A DNA stretch of 64,000 nucleotides from Camelus ferus (Eukaryota): the NCBI RefSeq assembly GCF_009834535.1, contig NC_045696.1, positions 39,062,001 to 39,126,000 of the forward strand, in the 5' to 3' direction. The first letter of the stretch is position 1. Every line of letters begins with the position of its first letter. Below the pieces are notes generated by a model that did not search any database, was not told the DNA's origin, and saw only the letters and a program-made list of their open reading frames with translations. The position numbers and the translations under genes are program-made. Positions 55,693 to 64,000 of the stretch are shown here, one piece after another.

Positions 55693-55961
55693 CTGCCATT
55701 TGAGAAAGTGATAAGCTCAGTGACAAAACCACTCAGTTCCAGGACCTGGTGCTGGACAACATCAGGGGATACATTTCTAGAATATCTGGTGATCAAAGGT
55801 GTGTGTGTGGGTGGAATCCCTTCATGTTAACCTAGAAAAAGCTTGAGCCTAAGCTAGAAGCTCTCCTTAGATTTCTCTGTCCGTCTCTTTTTCTTATCCT
55901 CACCTCCATCGTCCATGACGTATCCTTCCCTCCAGCTAAAGTCTTCAGGACTCAGACATGT

Positions 55962-56337
55962 TTTTTTTTTTTCTTTTTTTATTGAAGTGTAGTTGATTTA
56001 CAATATTAGTTTCAGGTGTACAGCAAAGTGATTCAGTTATACATATACATACATATATATATATTTTTTTTTCTCTTCAGATTCTTTTCCATTATTTGTT
56101 GTTACAAGAAATTGAATATAGTTCCCTGTGCTATACAGTAGGTCCCTGTTATTTATCTATTTTATATGTACTAACATGTGTCTATTAATCCCCAACCCCT
56201 AATTTATCCTTTCCCCTTTGGTACTCATAGCTTATTTTTTATGTGTGTGAGTCTATTTTAGGTTTGTAAATAGAATTTGTATCATTTTTTTTAGGCTCCA
56301 CATATAAGTGATATCATATGATATTTGTCTTTCTCTA
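55962..56337 (-). mobile_element. L1 3' end, sense to GABRR3
   Basis: poly(T)+attgaagtgtagttgatttacaatatt...catataagtgatatcatatgatatttgtctttctct; 17-bp TSD tcaggactcagacatgt / tcaggagtcggacatgt (2 mismatches). Confidence 0.9.
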
Positions 56338-56685
56338 TCAGGAGTCGGACATGTCAGAAAGGTAAAAATGTATTCAATTTTTTAAAATTCTGGGAAAGAA
56401 ATTCTGAAACTATTTCCACTACCCCTCCCATCACTTCACAACTTTCACTGTTAAGAAATTGTCTTCATGTCAATCTTTAACCTTTCATTTGTCATGGAAT
56501 GATCTTTAGTAGCCTTAAGGACTGCTGTCTCTGTACATAGAATACTTAGAAGCCAACATTACTGCTATCACTTTGTGCCTTGTTACTGAAACCACAGTTC
56601 AGTTGAGATTCAGAATGGAAGTGTGCTATTGGAGGCTCAGTTCAGTGAAAATATTTACTAAGCAACTGCTAAGTGCCAGTGACGT

Positions 56686-56810
56686 TTTCTGCTCCCTTCC
56701 CTTCCCCCTCCCTTTCCCTTGTTTTCTCTTTTTCCCTCCCCTTTCCTTCTATTCCTTTCCTACTGCCTTCCCCTTCCCTTTCCTGGTCCTCTCTTCCTTT
56801 CCCTTCTTTA
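56686..56810. repeat. Polypyrimidine (CCCTT/CCTT-like) low-complexity tract
   Basis: ~125 nt almost purely C/T on +. Confidence 0.85.
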
Positions 56811-59800
56811 ATCTCTGCCATGCGCATCAGAGGTTCTGGGGGATGGTGGAGAAAGAAGTGACTCTGAAATTTCCTTAATAAAATGCCAGCCTCGAGGAGG
56901 GCTATTCTGTGTCGACACTAATTTCTCAGAGGGATACTGTGAGAGCACTGCCTAGAGAGAAAGCATAGGATTGTAAATATTTGAAATGTACACTGGCTGG
57001 CATGGTTTTATTTCTTAACTTCCCACCAGAGAGGTGCAAATGGAATCCTTAATGATTTTTCTAAGTTGTGAGGACATTTTAATGTCAACAGACAGAATCC
57101 CAAACAGCAGGAAGAGCACTGTGATTTACTCCTAAATGGACAGACACAGCACGTGCACAGCTTCCGCCCACACATTTCTCCCTTTTCTACAATAATTCTG
57201 CAAGGCTCTTATCTGAGGGAGGCCCACATCAAAGACAATGACAATTATTCAATTTCAATTAAGATTTTCCTTTGAATGATCAAGACCAAAGCAACTTGGC
57301 AATCCTGCTCCTGACATAAACATGGAGATGTCAAATTTTTGTTGACAGTACAGGTGTGTGTGTAGCTGAAGTCGAGATGATTAAATAAAACTTGCTTGCC
57401 TTTATTCAGTGTTTACCCACCATAAACCTAGGTAAATATTAGCCACACACTGCAGAAAAGAAATATGAGTGGTGTGGCTAATTAGCCTGAGTTTTGTCAG
57501 GAGCAGGATCGAAATCTTTCTCTCTGAGTGTAGGACACATTCTTTTTACATGCAAACCTGCGGCCTCTCATGTTGAACCCATAAAGGGAATTTCCTTTTG
57601 TTGTTAAGATTATAAACCAATCTCTATAAATGGAGCTTCTCTGAGGAAAGATGTCATAAAACGGAATGTAGAATTATGTCAGGAAGCATGAAGGTGATTT
57701 GTGCTTTTCAAGAGGCCAAAAGTCTTATTCTTTCCAGGATTTTGCTGATGTAAGTAAATGAATCCTAAATGAACATTTGTATTTAGTAGCTAACCTCATT
57801 TGTTCAAAAATTTTTTAAATATCTTCTCTTACTGGTTATCTAAGATATAGAGGTTAGAATTTGATTTTTTCCCCAGTGGACAGTAACATGGGGCTTAACA
57901 GATAAAATAAGGGTTTAGAACAAACACACAAGTTTACATGTCAGATAGGTCTTGTCATGCATTTTAAATAGATGATTGTTGCATCAGTAAAAGGGAATTG
58001 CATTATCTATATTTGCCAGACAGCAATCAACTATCAGTCATTTTCGTTAGAAGGCTGCTTAGTCCTACTAATTTATGGTTGCTTTATTTATTTTGAAATT
58101 AGCATTCTAGATTTTCCTGTTTAAAATGAGAAAAAAAAAAAGGGTAGAGAGAGAGACTGGGGAGAAGGGATTGTCAAGTATAGGGAGTAAAGGATGAGAA
58201 CTCTGGTACATAAATTCCTAAAGCAACAGAACTCGGAGTCAGGAGCATTACAGCTACATTAAACATACCTATTATGTCTTGAGCCACCCCTTAGAAATAC
58301 ATTCATCTTGAGAAATCATCTTCCTTCCAAGCCCATTAAAGTTAACATTGCAGTAAAGGAGTTTTGAATTATATCAAGTGACCAATTTAGTCAAAGAAAG
58401 GTCCTGTGTTGGAATTAGAGGTTTACCTTCCTGCCCACTGAAATTGCTATGCATAGTCAGGAAAGCGTTAAAAGACAATATTTAGTTTGTCCCCTGGGAA
58501 CTCAACTTCCCTGAGCCTTGCAGTTGCACCACATTAACTCTTATGGACAGGTATGGGGTCCTAAGAACCCTTTAGTTAGGGGAGAATTATTTATCTGTGT
58601 GTTTCATTGGCCGCGTTTTTGCCACACATGATGGAGTGGTTCATTGACCTCTGTGACAGCAGCAGCGCCTGCAAGCATCACCTAGAACCATTGAGTCAGT
58701 AGCTGTGCTGTGGGGAGCCCTTTTGAAGGAATAGGTATCTACATTCATCTTTAAAAGAGTAAGAACATTTTCCTAGTAGGCTTAGGCAGAAAGGAAATAT
58801 CAAGTGATGTGAGGGAGAGGAAGATGGGCTGGATATTCCAACACCACTCAATGGTCAGACAGTAACAACCATTATCCCACTACAGTGGTGCCAGGGTCCA
58901 CTGCACTGAGGTTCTGGTAACCTCTGTAATGGTAAAACGAACACCACCGGAATGCTTACTTTTCCAGGTATATGGCATATCTTCTGTCGGACATTTTCCT
59001 TTATGAGGACTGCCTGAACACTTTAGTTGCCTTTCTCTGCCATGTCTGTGTCCTGATAAATGACCCTGTTACTTCATATGTTTTACGTGAATGCCATACC
59101 CCATGCAGAGCGGCCAAACAGGAATGATGGAGGCAAGGAAAGAAGGAGGGAGATAGAAGGGAGGACCTCCAGGAGGGTTAAAACATCCTTGAACAGCTAA
59201 TAGCCTCTCTCTCTCTCTCTCTCCATACCAAATTGAATGGAAACATAGAATAGTATTTTTAGCCCATTCTAAGTTGGGATGGCTGTATCTCTTATGAGAA
59301 TTGCCTAATCACAGTTGATACCTCAGATTGTTCTTTATCTGAGACATGACACATGTGGAAGAGTCTTAACCAGCAAGTGATTCATCTTCAATCAGAAAAT
59401 GAACCCAAATGTGGATGGGTTTTAATAAGCAATGAATTATCATTTGTTTTCAGTTAGTAACTGAAGTACAGTTACTAAAAACATGATGGGCTGAATACTG
59501 GCAATTTAACAACTATGTATCGAGCACAAAATCTGTGCAGGGCACTGTGCCCGTCACCGCAGGAACAAAAAAGATGGAAATAATGATGCTCGTCCTTAAG
59601 GAAGTCATACTCCAATAGAGGAGACAAGATAAGCTACCAACCCAGCCCATAGCTACACACAAAATTGAGGAAGTAGGTACCTTAGGAGAGATACAAAGTG
59701 CTCTGTGGTTCAAAGATGGGAAAGATCATATCTGCCTGGAACCATCAGTAAAGGCTCCTGGCCATTCAGAGATGGCAGGACTTTGACAGAGAAAGACAGG

Positions 59801-59930
59801 CAGGGAGGACAACGCTAGGCAGAGCAAGAGCCAGGACAAATGTATGGAGGTGAGATAAGCACAGGCAAGAGGGCCTGCCTGACAACACTGAATGTTCAGA
59901 CTGACTGAAGCCCAAGCCAGGTATGCTGGG

Positions 59931-60123
59931 TGTGGTTGAAGATTTAGCCAATAAAAATACAGAACACTCAGGTATATTTGAATTTCAGATAAACAATGAA
60001 GAATGTTTTAGTATCAGTATGTCCCATGCAATATTTGGGATATGCTCATGCTGAAATATTTTTTGGTGCTTATCTAAAAATACAAATGTAACTGAGTGTC
60101 CCATATTTTATCTGGCAACCCTC
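59931..60123. mobile_element. MER53 palindromic hAT MITE
   Basis: tttgaatttcagataaacaa...agtatgtccca tgcaatatt tgggatatgct...ttatctggcaaccct; self-complementary. Confidence 0.88.
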
Positions 60124-60536
60124 AAGGGACACCTTGGATTCCAAGTTGAGTGTATTTACACGATGGCATCTGAGATGAGTGTATTGTGACTGTATTTGTG
60201 TTTAAGAGACATCACTCTGGCAGTAGGATTGAACTGGGGCAAGAACAGGAGGTGAAATAAGCAATTATAAGTCCTCTTAGTAAGAGATGCCCCTTCCTCC
60301 AGAGGACGTCACCTCAAACCACGTCCCATGGAGCTTGAGCTGGATTTCTGCTCCCTACTCCCCAGTGGGACAGATGTCATAAAACCTAGCAGATAGGGAT
60401 CTATTAGGACAATCCAGGTGAGAGTTAACAAGGCTCACAGCACTGGTCAAGGCAGGAGGAAGGGAAAAGAAAGGGTAAGCATATCTGGAGACTTCTTACA
60501 GAGAAGGCTGACTCTGAAGAATTAGACACCTTATAG

Positions 60537-61908
60537 CCACGGTTCTCAAAGTATGGTCTGCGGGTCCTTTGGGGCCTCCAAGACATTTTCAGAGGTTCTG
60601 TATAGTAGAAACAAGTTTGACAAGAGTACTAAGACATCATTTACCCTTTTCACTGTGTTGACATTTGTACTGGTGGGACAAAAGCAATGCTGGGGAAAAC
60701 TGCTGTTGCTTTAGCAGGAATCAAGGCAGCAGCACCCAGCCCACCTGGTAGGCACTACATTCTTCAGCCCCCAGCATCACAATTTAAAAAATCAGTAAAA
60801 ATTGTTAATTTTATTAAATTACAGGCCTGAGGATATGCCTTTTGAACATTCTAGTTGAGGAAATAAGAAGTATATATAAAATACTTCAGCATAGAATGGT
60901 ACAAGAGCTGTCTTGGGGGAAAAGGGCTCAGGTAATTGGGTTGTGAGCTGGACACTAGGCATTTTTTAAATGAAAAACTACTTTTACTCAAAAGAACAAC
61001 TGACAGACAAATGATGGTTGTTCAGATCGTGGGTATCTGACAGACACTTCCCTGAAACTGAGTAGCGAGCCTATCACTTGAAGTAAAACAACTAATGGCA
61101 TTTGTTGCCAAATGATAAACTTTGAGCTTTCAAGCCAAAATTAGAAGGATGTTAAACTTGGACCCATCACCATGAGTTTGAGAGCTTCCTACAACTCAAA
61201 AACTTTTGGGTAAGATTAGCTGTGGTATTAACGAATGTGATTTTTTGGTACGTATAAGGAATGATGTGAACATTGGGAAGATTCGTGTAACCCAGGACAC
61301 TGATATTTTTCAAATGACCAATGCATGCATCAGAAGATCTAGTCAAAGTGCAAGATAGAGAAATTGATTTTAATTTAATAGAGTAGAAAACATTCATTGA
61401 TACAGCTTCAGATTCCACATTGCAGCTAACCTTAAAGAAAGTGTCACTTGCTGAATTTTGGTGTAATGCCAAGGAAGACTACACACAATTATCTGAAAAC
61501 ATTATGAAAATATGACTCTTTTCTCCAACTATGTATCTGAGTGAGGCCAGATCTCTTCCTATATGCCTAGTGCAACAAGTTGAATGAAGAAGCAGAGGTA
61601 AGAATCCCGCTGTCCTCCATAAAGGCAGACAATAAAGGTCTGAGAAAATGTAAAGCAATGCCACTCTTCTCATAGAAAATTTTTTGTTTTAGAAAAACAG
61701 TTTTCATTCAGTATGTTATTATGGTAACTTGTAATGAGTTTATTATCACTATATTTAAGTGGATTGCTACACATTTTTAAAAATTCTGTTTTAATATCCA
61801 ACATGGATAATAATGACAGATACAACTGACAAAAACAAAAGCTCTCTGGGGTCCTTAATAATTTTTAACGTGTAAATAGATCCTAAGACCAGAGTTTGAG
61901 AACCACTG
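60537..61908. mobile_element. Charlie1a-like hAT DNA transposon (~1.37 kb)
   Basis: Ends ggttctcaaagtatgg / gtttgagaaccactg; internal cactgtgttgacatttgtactggtgg...aaagcaatg, gaacaactgacagacaaa; decayed transposase-derived interior. Confidence 0.85.
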
Positions 61909-64000
61909 CCAAAGACCAAGAAAGAAATTGCAGGTTCAAACATGACAGGCTCAATGAATTGGTGACCCTTAATAGAAGGGCTGAAGTCAAGAGAGTAAGT
62001 GGGAGTCAGGTGTGTGTGGGAGGAGAGTGGTTGTTCAGTTTTGACCGTGCTGAGTGCCTGTCCACCCGAAGGTGAAGTCCAGCAGGCAGCAGTGCCTACC
62101 TCTCTGGAACCTGAGAGAAAGACGTGAGATAAGGACATAGACTGGGAATTTCTCTTCATAGGGACAGACATTGGAAGCAGGGGCCTTGGTCCACTAGATG
62201 AAAGAACCAAAAGTGAGCAAAACCTTGGGAAGGAGTGACTTAAGGAGTGGAAGGAAGAAGTAAAAAATGAGAAATGAAAGAAAAGTCCAAGGGAGGAGAA
62301 AAACTAGACTAGTGCAGAGTAATGAAAATGAATGTATTTTTGTTGGTTGGTTTTATCCAACACTACGGCATAGACGTCAGCCTGGGCTGTGAACACAAAC
62401 ACGCCCATTTAATTCTCATGGTGACCTTCAGGAAGGGAGTATGAATAATCTCGTTTTGCAGATGAGGAAGCTGAGGCTGGGCTCTGGACCACTACATTTG
62501 GTTCTGAATTTGGAGAGGATGCTTAATAGTGTAAAATGCTTTGGAGAAAGTGAAGTAGGGGAAGAGCTGAGAAGACAGCTTGCTGAGGGACCTTCCAGAG
62601 AGCTGTGTAACACCGCATTTGGGAAGAGCCAGCAAAACAGAGCAAAGCATCTTTGAAAGAACGTGAGGGCGGTAGGGAGCAAAAGCCTGAGAAGATAGCA
62701 GTGTTCTGGGAATACTGAAATTCTCTTACTAAAAAACAAACAAACAAACAAAAAAGGACAGGGACACATCTGATTCCACTTCTGATTTGTATATTCTTTT
62801 ACATAAATCTGCATAGCGGTTCCCTAACCCTGAGGCATCAGATGGAGCCGCAGGAAGCACAGAATTCCAGGGGTGTCTTAAATGCATTTTAGTGTTCTCC
62901 ATTCACCCCAACCTGCCCTGGAACCAGCTTTTATTGCTGTCATTTTCAAAGTGTAAGAACTGAGCATTCAGTTTTTGGGATCCCATTGAAAAGGCTTGTT
63001 CATAAGCCTTTAGAGACTGAATGCCTTTCTCATCTGTCTCGAGGGCTGGAAATGGGCCTTTCATATCCTCTCTGGGTCTGCTCTGCCCTCCTGCTGTCTG
63101 TCCTCAGGTCAGGACCAGGCTGCTCTGATGTGAAGGAACAGCCACAATAATTTAATTACTCATTCAGCTGGTATTTTCCCCTCTGAAGACATTCAAGCCT
63201 CAAACGCGTGTAGATTGAAGCTTTTAACAGGGGAAAGAAGTGAACAAATTATTAATATTAATGACAATTTAGGTCTTTCAAATCATCTTTTGAAGTATAC
63301 GAATAATTTGTGAGCATTAACTTAGAAATCACCCTTTCTGGACTGAATTGTGTGATAATTACAATGATTGTGAACCACTTACAACAATCTTTGCTCTAGA
63401 CAGAGCATTACAGGTGAAAGAAGAAAATCAGTCCAGATGAGAGAGTTCTGCAGTTTTACCCTGAACCAGCCAAGAAAGCAGATGGGATAGACTCCTGGGT
63501 TCTCATGAAGTAACACGTTATCTAAGTGCTTAGCTTGGCACCTCCACTTTGTTAGGTCTCAATAACTGCTAAGTGGGTCTGAAATGGTTCCGATAAATCT
63601 GTATGTGTGACAGTGGCACATAACACTCTAGACAGAGTAGATAATCACACCTGTGTGGCAACTTCCATGAGGCTGGCAACATCTGCCACCTGAAATCTCT
63701 CGCCAACTGAATTGACACCATGCCTAAAAGTCCACTGTGGTTGATTTGGATTTTGGCATTTTGGTTAAGCCCTAATTTCTGCTTAGCATTCACATTTCCA
63801 AATTTAAGCATTCTGCCTCTCCAAAAAGAAATTTATTAAGGTGCCAATAGTATAGTGTAAATTAGTTTGAATGGAACCCTTCTATGACGTAAAGGTTGGT
63901 CAGGCAAAGCGAAAAGAAATGGGGCAAGGTGCGGGGGCTTTTCCTGAAAAGGAGAAGAGAGACATCTGCGCTTCACCACTGCACCCTCTCCTTACTGTCA

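Larger units (their letters stand above)
59500..62330 (-). mobile_element. L2 element fragmented by MER53 and Charlie1a insertions
   Basis: Reverse L2 tail at ~59505 (atttaacaactatgtatcgagcac...gggcactgtgc); L2-like text resumes at ~60130-60520 and ~61910-62330; boundaries approximate. Confidence 0.55.

Noticed and set aside
60537..61908. Functional or domesticated Charlie transposase
   Set aside because: No long ORF; only decayed non-autonomous sequence.
55693..64000. Further GABRR3 exon (M1 and start of M2, ...WIDRRAVPARVSL)
   Set aside because: I could not find it; it probably lies beyond the window end, so its absence is not evidence of pseudogenisation.

Overview
This is mammalian (eutherian) genomic DNA, probably camelid, judging from a Vic-1-like tRNA-derived SINE and very few other young SINEs. 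It holds the CRYBG3-RIOX2(MINA)-GABRR3 block. (1) The last five coding exons of CRYBG3 (+, 849-10413) encode the final beta/gamma-crystallin domain and the ricin-B lectin domain. (2) A complete RIOX2/MINA53 gene (-) has 9 coding exons at 12335-31978 giving 464 aa with an intact JmjC H-x-D...H triad, plus a CpG-island promoter with two MYC E-boxes at ~36.4-37.2 kb. (3) The last two coding exons of GABRR3 (-, 55496-55692 and 49760-50062) encode M2-M4. I assembled all exons by hand from GT-AG boundaries and frame continuity. The remaining sequence is intron/intergenic DNA with old repeats (MIR, L2, L1, MLT1, ERV LTRs, Tigger/MER/Charlie). Gene and repeat names come from remembered family sequences, not a database search. 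I found no convincing new biological system. The best leads are unusual GABRR3 M2 and M2-M3 loop residues, a sense L1 poly(A) signal just upstream of the GABRR3 pore exon, probable CRYBG3/RIOX2 3'-UTR overlap, a candidate uORF-bearing RIOX2 5'-UTR cassette exon, a GC3 spike in RIOX2 exons 4-5, a strong CTCF motif, and a MER53 miR-1302-like hairpin.
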